DNA of 64,000 nucleotides from a plasmid: sequence record NZ_CP086601.1; one strand, 5' to 3'. Shown piece by piece: positions 8,026 to 16,731 of this stretch (position 1 is its first letter; each line of letters starts with the position of its first letter). The notes under the pieces were generated by a model. It saw only the letters and a program-made list of their open reading frames with translations, ran no database searches and was not told where the DNA came from. The position numbers and the translations under genes were made by a program.

Positions 8026-9744
8026 CTAGTCCGTCCGCATACCGGTGTTGGTGTCGTGGATGCCCAACTCACGCTCGACCGGGCTGATCCACGTGCGGAA
8101 CGCCAGGCCGGGCCGGTCCGGGTCGTCGCCCCACTTGGCGATGAACCGGCCCTTGCCGGGGTGCGGCATGGTCTTGTGCCCGGTCTGGGCCGGGGGCGGC
8201 GCGGAGGTCCACGACAGCAGGCGGGCCCGCTCGCGGTCGGTGTAGTCGATGAGGCCGGCTTGGGCGTCGATCTCGTAGCCGTTGATCGGGCCGGTGAAAG
8301 TGACCTTGGATCGGGAGATGAACCCGGTCGCCTTGCCCTGCTCGGTCGCATCCGCCGACACCTTCGTGAAGTCGGTGACCGTGTGGGTGTAGGTGGTCAG
8401 GGTCATGCCGTCGGTGCGGTTGGTGCGGGTGATCCGGTCCAAGCTCTTGATCTGGCTCGACCCGCCCACGTCGAGCAGCTGCGACAGCTCGTCCATGTGG
8501 ATGTCGGTCACGGACTTGCGGATGAACCCGTGGTCGGCCAGCGTCATACGCGCCGCGACGGCGGCCTGGGACTCCATGCCGGTGATCGCGATGATCGCGG
8601 CCCGCAGGTCGCGGCCGGAGTGAACGTTGATGATCGACAGGTCGATGTCGATCATGGCGGCCTCGAGGTTCAAGCGCGTGGTGGTCTGGCCGTTGAACGC
8701 CTCGCCGAACATGCCCACGGTCAGCGACTTCAGCGATTGCAGCAGCCGGTGCGTGGTGACGGCGAAGTCCTCGGCCGACGTGGCGGCCACGGCATACCGC
8801 ATGTCCTCGGTCGGCTGTTCGAGCTGTTCGATCAGGTCCGAGATGATCGGCGGCCGCGCCGGGGAGAACCGGTCACCGGCGTACAGGTCGGTGAGCGCGG
8901 CGCTGATCGCGGCGGACTCGAAATCCTCGAGCGGCGCCCGCCGCCGCAGCGACACCAGGGCCTCGAGGTTGAACAACTGGGTCTGGTGCAGCTCGGCCAT
9001 CAGCCCGCGCACGGCCGGGTGGCCGGCAGGCAGACGGTCGATCGCCCACGCATACGCCGTGGGGTCCAACGGATTCAGTACGCCGTGACCGGGGCCGACC
9101 TCGATCACCTGCCCGTCCTGGCGGCCCTCCTCGTTGTCGTTCAGCAGCTCGCACAGCCGCCGGTAATCGGGCTTGATGTCGGCCGGGCAGATCACGTGCC
9201 GCCCGGAGGCGAGCCCACCGAGCACCAGCTGACGGCCCAACGTCGATTTGCCGAACCCGTTGGGGCCCAGCACCACCGCGATCGGCGCGGAAATCATCTC
9301 CGCGTCGAACCACGCCATCTGATCGAAAAAGAACGGGGTGGCGGTCTCGTCCTGGATGCCGATCGGCCACCCGGGCGAGGCGAACTCGGTCGACAACGGG
9401 AACGGCCACAGCCCGCACACCCGGCACGTGGTGCCGCGGATCTCCGGCAGCGGCATCGGCTTCTTCATGTACCCGCCGTACGGGGCGAGGTAGCCGCGCG
9501 GCGACGGCCGCCGCTCGGCCTGCCAGGGCTGCCGCGCCGCGGTGTGGCTGGTGCGCCACACCGCCAGCTCGTGGGCACGGAGCTTGCGGGCGGCGTTGAA
9601 CTTGCGGCCGATGCTCATCGTCGGCATCGCCTCGCGGATGTAGGCCACCTCGTCGGGATCGAGCACACCGTCGGCGCCGCGTGCGTCGGCTTCCTGCCGC
9701 GCGGTGACACGGCGCGGGACGAACAGTCGGCTGAGGCCGGGCAT
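8026..9744 (-). CDS. VirB4/TrsE-like conjugative transfer ATPase (Walker A VVLGPNGFGKSTL)
   Basis: 572-aa ORF, GGAGG RBS before ATG at 9744. Confidence 0.5.
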   Translation of the reverse strand: MPGLSRLFVPRRVTARQEADARGADGVLDPDEVAYIREAMPTMSIGRKFNAARKLRAHELAVWRTSHTAARQPWQAERRPSPRGYLAPYGGYMKKPMPLPEIRGTTCRVCGLWPFPLSTEFASPGWPIGIQDETATPFFFDQMAWFDAEMISAPIAVVLGPNGFGKSTLGRQLVLGGLASGRHVICPADIKPDYRRLCELLNDNEEGRQDGQVIEVGPGHGVLNPLDPTAYAWAIDRLPAGHPAVRGLMAELHQTQLFNLEALVSLRRRAPLEDFESAAISAALTDLYAGDRFSPARPPIISDLIEQLEQPTEDMRYAVAATSAEDFAVTTHRLLQSLKSLTVGMFGEAFNGQTTTRLNLEAAMIDIDLSIINVHSGRDLRAAIIAITGMESQAAVAARMTLADHGFIRKSVTDIHMDELSQLLDVGGSSQIKSLDRITRTNRTDGMTLTTYTHTVTDFTKVSADATEQGKATGFISRSKVTFTGPINGYEIDAQAGLIDYTDRERARLLSWTSAPPPAQTGHKTMPHPGKGRFIAKWGDDPDRPGLAFRTWISPVERELGIHDTNTGMRTD

Positions 9745-9820
9745 GACAACCTCCTATGGCCGCTATGGGCCCTATGGCTGATATGAGCGTGTGAAGTGGG
9801 GAAACGCCAGGCGGCGGGGG

Positions 9821-11296
9821 TCAGGCGCGCAGGATGTCGGTCACGTCGGTCTCGTCCATGTCCGGGTAGACGCCGATGCCGAGCGCGGTCAAGAACATCG
9901 CGCCCTGGTCGCTGTAGCAGTCGGCGAACTTGATGCTGGCGGCCACGCCCGCGGCCTGGATGGCGTCGGTTTCATCGACGCCGGACCCGTCGACGGGCAC
10001 GGTGATCGTGACCAGCATCCCGACCCGGGTCAGGCCGTGGCCCTCGGCCAGGTCGTCGCGGGTCGCGCCGATGTCGGCCAGGCGCATCTGCTGGCGGGCG
10101 TCGACCAGGCCGCGCTTGCGGCGCTGCGCGGCGGCGTAGGCGTCGCGGAAGTCGGCATCGGTGGTCTCGATGGCGTCCTGCGGCCGGTACGGGCGATAGA
10201 TCATGGTGACCCGCTTGTACGGCGTGCGCGGATTACGGGCCAGCAGCTTGGCCAGCACGTCGTCCTCGACCGGCTGGACCGGGAAGTCGTAGGCGCGGAA
10301 TGTGAAGCTCTTGCCCGAATCGTGCAGGTAGTAGCGGTGGTCGTCGTCGTGGTAGGTCGGGCCCGCGTCCTCCCACGTCAGACCGGGATCACCGGTCAGG
10401 GCCATCGCCTCATCAATGATCGGGCCTGCCGCCGGATTGAACGCTGCGTGCGTGAACGCGATGATCTCGCCCACGGTGGCGAACGTGGCATTGAGCCCGG
10501 CCCCGGCGGCCGCGGTGCTCAGCTCGGTCAGCCGCCGAGACACCATCTCGCAGCCGAGGTCGAAGCTGCCGGACGAGTAGCGGAACGTGACCGCGATGCG
10601 CTGGCTGTAGCGCAACCGATCCGGGGCCAGGTCCACGGTGCGGTCGTCCATCAGTTCCAGCGCGAGCGCGGGCGCGGCCGCGTGCCGCCGCTTCGCGATC
10701 TCGACTTCGTAGCGGGCGCCGGTCTCCGGCCTCGTCTCGGTGACCACCGCGATACCGGCGACATCACCGAATTCACCGGCCTGCCGGATGAATTCGCCCC
10801 ACCCGGCGACCTGGGCATCGGTGGTGGCCTCGGGCTGGGTCGCCCGCCCGGTGGCCGTCACCAGCATCACCACCGTGATGGTGCGGTGCACGGGGTTGAC
10901 CAGCGCGCCCACGTCCTCGCCGGCCTCGGGATCGAAAAGGCCGTCGAGAATGATCGGCGACGCCAGGCCGGGCAGACGCGAACGGCCGCCCGGCACGTGC
11001 GAGAACAGGCCGGTCCGGTAGCGGTGGGCGAGCTTGCGTCGGATCGGCAGCGTGCGCACCCACGCCAGGAAGTAGTCACCGGCGGCGGTGCCTCGGAACC
11101 GAATCATCGACGGCCCCACGAACACCACCGTGGCGCCGAGCACGATGAACGCCAGCTTCATCGAATTGAGCAGGTAGGCGCAGCCGATCGCGATCGCGAT
11201 CGCCACGACAACCACGATCGACATGCCCGTCGACAACCCCGGCACCAGGCCGGTGCTTTCGGGCTTGCGCCATCCGGCGTACTTCTGAGATCCCAT
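9821..11296 (-). CDS. conjugation-associated membrane protein (two N-terminal TM helices, large extracytoplasmic domain)
   Basis: MGSQKYAGWRKPESTGLVPGLSTGMSIVVVVAIAIAIGCAYLL..; RBS AGGAGCC. Confidence 0.55.
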   Translation of the reverse strand: MGSQKYAGWRKPESTGLVPGLSTGMSIVVVVAIAIAIGCAYLLNSMKLAFIVLGATVVFVGPSMIRFRGTAAGDYFLAWVRTLPIRRKLAHRYRTGLFSHVPGGRSRLPGLASPIILDGLFDPEAGEDVGALVNPVHRTITVVMLVTATGRATQPEATTDAQVAGWGEFIRQAGEFGDVAGIAVVTETRPETGARYEVEIAKRRHAAAPALALELMDDRTVDLAPDRLRYSQRIAVTFRYSSGSFDLGCEMVSRRLTELSTAAAGAGLNATFATVGEIIAFTHAAFNPAAGPIIDEAMALTGDPGLTWEDAGPTYHDDDHRYYLHDSGKSFTFRAYDFPVQPVEDDVLAKLLARNPRTPYKRVTMIYRPYRPQDAIETTDADFRDAYAAAQRRKRGLVDARQQMRLADIGATRDDLAEGHGLTRVGMLVTITVPVDGSGVDETDAIQAAGVAASIKFADCYSDQGAMFLTALGIGVYPDMDETDVTDILRA

Positions 11297-12080
11297 CTCG
11301 AGGCTCCTAGGTCAGTCAGGTCAGCGAATGCGGAACGTGACCGCGATGCGCTGGCTGTAGCGCAACCGATCCGGGGCCAGGTCCACGGTGCGGTCGTCCA
11401 TCAGTTCCAGCGCGAGCGCGGGCGCGGCCGCGTGCCGCCGCTTCGCGATCTCGACTTCGTAGCGGGCGCCGGTCTCCGGCCTCGTCTCGGTGACCACCGC
11501 GATACCGGCGACATCACCGAATTCACCGGCCTGCCGGATGAATTCGCCCCACCCGGCGACCTGGGCATCGGTGGTGGCCTCGGGCTGGGTCGCCCGCCCG
11601 GTGGCCGTCACCAGCATCACCACCGTGATGGTGCGGTGCACGGGGTTGACCAGCGCGCCCACGTCCTCGCCGGCCTCGGGATCGAAAAGGCCGTCGAGAA
11701 TGATCGGCGACGCCAGGCCGGGCAGACGCGAACGGCCGCCCGGCACGTGCGAGAACAGGCCGGTCCGGTAGCGGTGGGCGAGCTTGCGTCGGATCGGCAG
11801 CGTGCGCACCCACGCCAGGAAGTAGTCACCGGCGGCGGTGCCTCGGAACCGAATCATCGACGGCCCCACGAACACCACCGTGGCGCCGAGCACGATGAAC
11901 GCCAGCTTCATCGAATTGAGCAGGTAGGCGCAGCCGATCGCGATCGCGATCGCCACGACAACCACGATCGACATGCCCGTCGACAACCCCGGCACCAGGC
12001 CGGTGCTTTCGGGCTTGCGCCATCCGGCGTACTTCTGAGATCCCATCTCGAGGCTCCTAGGTCAGTCAGGTCAGCGAATG
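10581..12080. repeat. exact tandem duplication, 2 x 750 bp (10581-11330 and 11331-12080)
   Basis: junction ..GTCAGCGAATG|CGGAACGTGA.. seen twice; ORF-track proteins at +750 offsets are identical strings (10740/11490, 10773/11523, 10867/11617, 11076/11826). Confidence 0.9.
11321..12046 (-). pseudogene. truncated duplicate (first 238 codons + RIR*) of the 9821..11296 gene with its own copy of the RBS/start, created by the 750-bp duplication
   Basis: identical N-terminal 238 aa. Confidence 0.6.
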
Positions 12081-12090
12081 TGGACGGCCG

Positions 12091-13947
12091 CTACGTGATC
12101 CGGGTGAACGTCGAATCACGCGGTGTGCCGGTGCGGGCGCGACCACGTGCACCGGACCGCCGCATCGGCAGCACGTCCGCACCGCGGCCCTCACTCCCGC
12201 CGCTGCCGGTGCTGGTGCTGCTGGTGGTGGTGTTCGCCGTGCTGCGGCCGCTCGCGGCGCCGCTGGTGGCGGCGCTGCGGGTACTGGTTCGGGCACCCGC
12301 CCCGACCCCGGCCACCGCCGGGGCGTCCGCGCCGCCGCTGTTGCTGCTGGTACCGCTGCCGGTGGTTGCCCCGGCGCGGTTGGCGGTGCTCGACCCCCGC
12401 GCCCCGACCGTTGCCGGGCTGCTCGCGGCCGTGCTGGTACCGCTGCTGCCGTTCCCACCGGCCGCGCTGGCCGCGGTGGTCGCGGTTCCGGTACCGCCGG
12501 ACGCACCATTTGCGCGGGTAGAGGCCGCCGCCCGGCTGGCCACCGCACCGGCCGCAGCCGCGCCGCCGCTCGCTGTCGCCGAACTCGCGGTCGCGCGGGT
12601 ACGCGGGGGACCGGTGATGGTCTGAACGGCCGCGCTGCCCATCGCTCCGACGAACGGGACGGCCTTGGCCGCACCCCGGCCGACCGCGGCCGCGCCTGCA
12701 CCGGCCGCACCGGCGGTCGCGGCCGCGCCCCGGCCCGCCATCCCGGCTGCGCCCGCCGCGCCTCGGCCTGCCGTGCCCAGCGCCGAACCCGCCGCCGACA
12801 GCCCGGCGCGGGTGTTGCGGATCGTGCCGCGCAGCATCGGGGTACCGGCATAGCTGACGTTCGTGCCGATCATCTGGACCAGGATCGGCAGCACGAACGC
12901 GGGCGCGACCAGCAACATCACCGCCCACAGCACATCACCGCCGGATTCGAGACTGCGGATCTGCATGAAAGCCACACCGAAGCAGGCCGCGGCGATCGGC
13001 TTGAACAGCAGCGCCGCGACCGCGACGCGCAGCAGAGCAAAGAACACGGTCTTTCCGCTGGACACGACGCTGGTAGCGCCCGCGATCGGCAGTGCGAACG
13101 CTGCGTAGATGATCCAGAACTTCTGCAGGACCAGCTGAATCATCAGCTCGATGTAGGCGAGCAGCCCGAGCACGCACAGCGCGAACGCGATCACGTCCTC
13201 GACCTTCAACCGCTCATCGCGCCCGGCGAGGGCATCGGTGAGCTTGTCGACCACCTGCGTGGGCCCGTCCGGGCCCGCCGCTGACGTGAAGATCCACGTC
13301 GCGAGCGCATCACTGACCTGCGACAAGGCCAGCAGTGTCGGGGCCGCCATCGTCGCAGCGATGCCCCACCGCACCAGACCCGCGAACGCCTCGGGAGCGG
13401 CGTTGTCGCCGGAAAGCATCGCCCGCTGGTACAGCACGGCAATCACCGCGATCAGCAACCCGAGTCCGAGCCCGATCACCTGCAAATCGCTGGTCAGGTC
13501 CGTCATGCGCTGAACGGCATCCTGCGTGCCGGTCGCATCCACCGACACCGACATGAAAAGCTGGATCACGTACTTGGTGACCCACGTCCACCCGGACAGC
13601 ACGTAGTCGACAAGATCCGACCCGAACGCCCGCGCCGCGTCCGTCACCTGGTCCTTTGCCATCTGCGTAGGAGTCCTGAAAGGCGTGCAGACGCCCAAGA
13701 TCTCGGTACCGGTGCAGCCCTCGGTGTCCTCCGCCGTGCTCGACGTGGGTGCCTCGCTCTGCGTCGTGGGGCTCGAGCTGTTCGGAGAGGTGGTCGCCGG
13801 GGTCGGGCTTGACGGGGTGCTCGTCGGTGGCGGCGTCGGAGTTGTAGTCGGTGGCTGTGCCGCGGCTGGTGCCGCGAGCACCACCAGTCCGATGACAAGA
13901 CCCAAGAGCGCGGTGAACAGTGCGCGGGCCCTCACCATTGCGACCAC
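12091..13947 (-). CDS. VirB6/TrbL-like polytopic membrane protein with signal peptide, P/T-rich linker and long G/A/S/T-rich low-complexity C-terminus (start GTG 13947 or ATG 13938)
   Basis: MVAMVRARALFTALLGLVIGLVVLAAPAAAQPP.. multiple hydrophobic segments. Confidence 0.5.
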   Translation of the reverse strand: MVAMVRARALFTALLGLVIGLVVLAAPAAAQPPTTTPTPPPTSTPSSPTPATTSPNSSSPTTQSEAPTSSTAEDTEGCTGTEILGVCTPFRTPTQMAKDQVTDAARAFGSDLVDYVLSGWTWVTKYVIQLFMSVSVDATGTQDAVQRMTDLTSDLQVIGLGLGLLIAVIAVLYQRAMLSGDNAAPEAFAGLVRWGIAATMAAPTLLALSQVSDALATWIFTSAAGPDGPTQVVDKLTDALAGRDERLKVEDVIAFALCVLGLLAYIELMIQLVLQKFWIIYAAFALPIAGATSVVSSGKTVFFALLRVAVAALLFKPIAAACFGVAFMQIRSLESGGDVLWAVMLLVAPAFVLPILVQMIGTNVSYAGTPMLRGTIRNTRAGLSAAGSALGTAGRGAAGAAGMAGRGAAATAGAAGAGAAAVGRGAAKAVPFVGAMGSAAVQTITGPPRTRATASSATASGGAAAAGAVASRAAASTRANGASGGTGTATTAASAAGGNGSSGTSTAASSPATVGARGSSTANRAGATTGSGTSSNSGGADAPAVAGVGAGARTSTRSAATSGAASGRSTANTTTSSTSTGSGGSEGRGADVLPMRRSGARGRARTGTPRDSTFTRIT

Positions 13948-14729
13948 CCGACCGGCTCAGCTGTGTACTGCGGCTGGCGAGGCATCTTCTTGCCGATCAT
14001 CAGGACGTCGGAGGCGGCCTGCTCGGTGAGGTACCAGTCGCCTTCCTGCCACGTCACGGAGTAGTCGATGCTGTAGCCCTGGGATTCGCCCGGCAGGGGC
14101 GGCCACCAGAACTCAACCCGCGTAACGGTGTCCGACACCGGGTCGGCCTTCCACCGCGCGGGCCGGGTGAGCTTCTTCTGGCGAGGCAGGCAACCGGGGT
14201 CGTCCTTGAACTTCGATTCCTTCATCTCCGGGATCTGGGACACCAGGCGGTCGCGATCCGCGGGCGCGATGATCTGCGGCACGGCATCGGTGTTGCCGAT
14301 CGTTCCGCCAAAGCTGGCCATCTGGTAGGCGGCCAGTGCGGCGCCGAGTGGAGTACGGGCGTAGCCGCCGTAAACGGTGTCGGCGCGCATCTTCGCGGGC
14401 CCGTCGGTGGTGCTGAACGGGAGTGCGTCACAGCGGACGCGCTGCCACATCACCGGCCCGTCTAGCCGGGCTCCGTCCTGGGGGAGAACTGTCCCGCGGA
14501 TGTCGTGCGCTTGCTCGATGGTCTTGGGGGTGACGTTGGTGGCCGCTAGCAGTGGTTCGCCGAAATGCTGTGTGAACCAGGGCTGATCCTTCAACGGCTT
14601 TGCGACGGCGGGGGATAGGCCGGGCAGACCTGTGCCGTCACCGTCGTTGCGGCCGCATCCGGCGGCGGCGGTGAGCGTGACCGCGGCGGCCGCGACTGCG
14701 GCGCAGGCGGCGAGGATTTTGCGGTTCAA
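13932..14729 (-). CDS. lipoprotein (LTAAAGC lipobox)
   Basis: MNRKILAACAAVAAAAVTLTAAAGCGR.. Confidence 0.65.
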   Translation of the reverse strand: MNRKILAACAAVAAAAVTLTAAAGCGRNDGDGTGLPGLSPAVAKPLKDQPWFTQHFGEPLLAATNVTPKTIEQAHDIRGTVLPQDGARLDGPVMWQRVRCDALPFSTTDGPAKMRADTVYGGYARTPLGAALAAYQMASFGGTIGNTDAVPQIIAPADRDRLVSQIPEMKESKFKDDPGCLPRQKKLTRPARWKADPVSDTVTRVEFWWPPLPGESQGYSIDYSVTWQEGDWYLTEQAASDVLMIGKKMPRQPQYTAEPVGWSQW

Positions 14730-14760
14730 TCTCGGCTCCTGGTGGTGGTGTGGTTGGTAG

Positions 14761-14816
14761 GTGCTGCCGCGCCAACTTCGTTGGCTTGCCTCGTGGTTGC
14801 TGCTGGTCAGGTTTGG
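14761..14816. repeat. dispersed intergenic repeat copy B
   Basis: see 5510-5565. Confidence 0.8.
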
Positions 14817-15403
14817 GGGAGTGGTTCTATGTCGGCGGGTAGGCCGTCGGGGTATGCCTTGAGCACCGGACCGGCGTTCTTGTCGCCGGGGTCGGGCAGC
14901 TGGATCAGCCAGTTCTCACCGAGCCATACGAGGTTGCGGACGAGGCCGTTGATGGACTTGTCGGGCTGTTCAAAGAACAGCTCGAGGCGTGCGGCGTTGT
15001 CGGTGTACTCGAGGAATCGGAATCCCTTGATGCGCGGGAGTCGGGAGGGGTCGGGCTGGCCGGTGATGGAGATGCTGGCGCGGGCGGCCAGGTAGGCGGT
15101 CAAGCCGTTGCCTACGGCGAAGTAGTCGCGGGTGACCGGGCCGAATCCGTCGTCGGGGGCGGTGTCGAGCAGGGTTTGGGAGTTGGCGGCGGCCATGACC
15201 GCGCCGTCCATCGTGTGGGGGTACTGGATGCGGTCACCGCGTCCGGGAGACGCGGGCGGCTCGATCGTGCCGTCGGTGATCCAGTCCGCGCCGCGGTAGC
15301 TGGTGATGGTGAGGGGTTTGCCGGTGTCGGCACCGCTGCCGCATCCGGCGACCGCGGCCGCGGCGATGAGCGCGGCCAGCAGCGCAACAAGTCGGGTACG
15401 CAT
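14807..15403 (-). CDS. lipoprotein (AAAVAGC lipobox)
   Basis: MRTRLVALLAALIAAAAVAGCGSG.. Confidence 0.65.
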   Translation of the reverse strand: MRTRLVALLAALIAAAAVAGCGSGADTGKPLTITSYRGADWITDGTIEPPASPGRGDRIQYPHTMDGAVMAAANSQTLLDTAPDDGFGPVTRDYFAVGNGLTAYLAARASISITGQPDPSRLPRIKGFRFLEYTDNAARLELFFEQPDKSINGLVRNLVWLGENWLIQLPDPGDKNAGPVLKAYPDGLPADIEPLPQT

Positions 15404-15416
15404 CGATGTCGTCCTT

Positions 15417-15665
15417 TCAGCTGACCCAGTTGGCGATGTCGAATGTCATGGCCGCGATGGCGGCGGCGATGCAGATCACGAGCAGTTCGCGCCAGAAGTG
15501 GACGAACCCGGCGCCACGCTGGTAGCGGGCGATGGCGACGATGCCCGCGATGAACAGGGCGCCGAGGGCGAAATAGCCCGCGAGGGTGATGAGTTGGCCG
15601 CCCAGCTTCAGCAGGGGGTCGGTGACCTCCGCCGGAAGCTGGTCGGCCAGGACGGTGGTCGTCAT
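15417..15665 (-). CDS. small hydrophobic protein, pilin/VirB2-sized (82 aa, 2 TM)
   Basis: MTTTVLADQLPAEVTDPLLKLGGQLITLAGYFALGALFIAGIVAIA..; ATGA overlap with upstream gene. Confidence 0.45.
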   Translation of the reverse strand: MTTTVLADQLPAEVTDPLLKLGGQLITLAGYFALGALFIAGIVAIARYQRGAGFVHFWRELLVICIAAAIAAMTFDIANWVS

Positions 15666-15937
15666 GAGCCCATCGCCCAGTTGATGATCTGGGCGCCCAT
15701 CGCACCGGCGCCGATGAACAGCAGCGTGCCGCCGAGGGTGGACAGGATCGATGAGTTCTTCATCGTCCACTTCTCGTAGATGAACACCGCGGCGCCGATG
15801 AGGAAGGCCGCCAGTCCGACCCAACCGGACACCGCCCACAGCAGGCCGAGGAACTTGTTTGCCAGTCCCTCGAATGGGCCGGGCTCGGCGGTGGGCTGGC
15901 TGACGGCCAGGACGGCGGCGGTGATGTGGGCGTTCAT
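15662..15937 (-). CDS. small hydrophobic protein, pilin/VirB2-sized (91 aa, 2 TM); AAGGAGA RBS
   Basis: MNAHITAAVLAVSQPTAEPGPFEGLANKFLGLLWAVSGWVGLAAFLIGAAVFIY.. Confidence 0.45.
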   Translation of the reverse strand: MNAHITAAVLAVSQPTAEPGPFEGLANKFLGLLWAVSGWVGLAAFLIGAAVFIYEKWTMKNSSILSTLGGTLLFIGAGAMGAQIINWAMGS

Positions 15938-16731
15938 CGGGTCGTCTCCTTGTCTGCGATGGTGTGGAACACCCGCCGGTAGATGTCGTCCAGAACGGGC
16001 GGGACAGTGGCGGTTTCGGCGTTCTGTGGGGTCCACAGCCGCGCGTGTTCGTCGTCGCGCGGCATCCGCATCCGCGGATCGTGGGCGAGGGTGTGGATGG
16101 GGATACCGGCCCGTTCGGCGGCGGCGATGAGTTCGCGCAGCGCGAGGGTGGGCCGGGGCTGGTCCTCGAGCAGCGCGATTGCTGCGATCTGCACGCGCCC
16201 GCCGACGGTTCGGCTGAGCGCGCCCGCCAGCTGGCGGGCCACGCGCACGCCTTCGGCGGTCTTGGAGGCGGTGAGCACCAGGTACGGGCTGTGTCCGGGC
16301 TCGGGCCGCCACCGCATATCCCGCGGCACTTCTTCCGCGCACGCGCACCAGGCCGCCAGCGTCGTTGCCCCGCTGCCCGGCTCGGCCGCCATGACGTGGA
16401 ACAGCGGCGGCACCGGCTCGGCGTCGGCCTCGACCGCGGGGGCGGCGTCGGCGGCGGCCGGGCTGTCGTCGGTGGCCACGGTGAGGGTGGCCGTGTCGTC
16501 GCTGTCCTTGGTCAGCACCGGCGCGGTCTCCTCGTGCTCGACCTGGGCGAGGTCGCGCAGCTCGACGCTCTCGCCGCGCTCGTGCGCCTCGTCGGTGGCC
16601 CGCGCGATCAGCTCGGTCTTGCCGACACCGGCCCCGGCGAACACCACGGTTTCCGGGGTCTCGCCGGTGGCGGTGCTGGTGGTTTCCGGCTGCTCGGCCT
16701 CGGTGTCGATGCTGCGGCGGATGATGCTCAC
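15934..16731 (-). CDS. P-loop NTPase-like protein (VVFAGAGVGKTEL), GTG start overlapping upstream stop (GTGA)
   Basis: VSIIRRSIDTEAEQ.. Confidence 0.45.
   Translation of the reverse strand: MSIIRRSIDTEAEQPETTSTATGETPETVVFAGAGVGKTELIARATDEAHERGESVELRDLAQVEHEETAPVLTKDSDDTATLTVATDDSPAAADAAPAVEADAEPVPPLFHVMAAEPGSGATTLAAWCACAEEVPRDMRWRPEPGHSPYLVLTASKTAEGVRVARQLAGALSRTVGGRVQIAAIALLEDQPRPTLALRELIAAAERAGIPIHTLAHDPRMRMPRDDEHARLWTPQNAETATVPPVLDDIYRRVFHTIADKETTR

Noticed and set aside
9791..12625. 944-aa plus-strand ORF with an internal exact repeat
   Set aside because: Antisense to well-supported minus-strand conjugation genes. Its internal repeat is just the 750-bp tandem duplication read on the other strand. 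The product is an Arg/Gly/Pro-rich low-complexity translation typical of GC-rich antisense frames.
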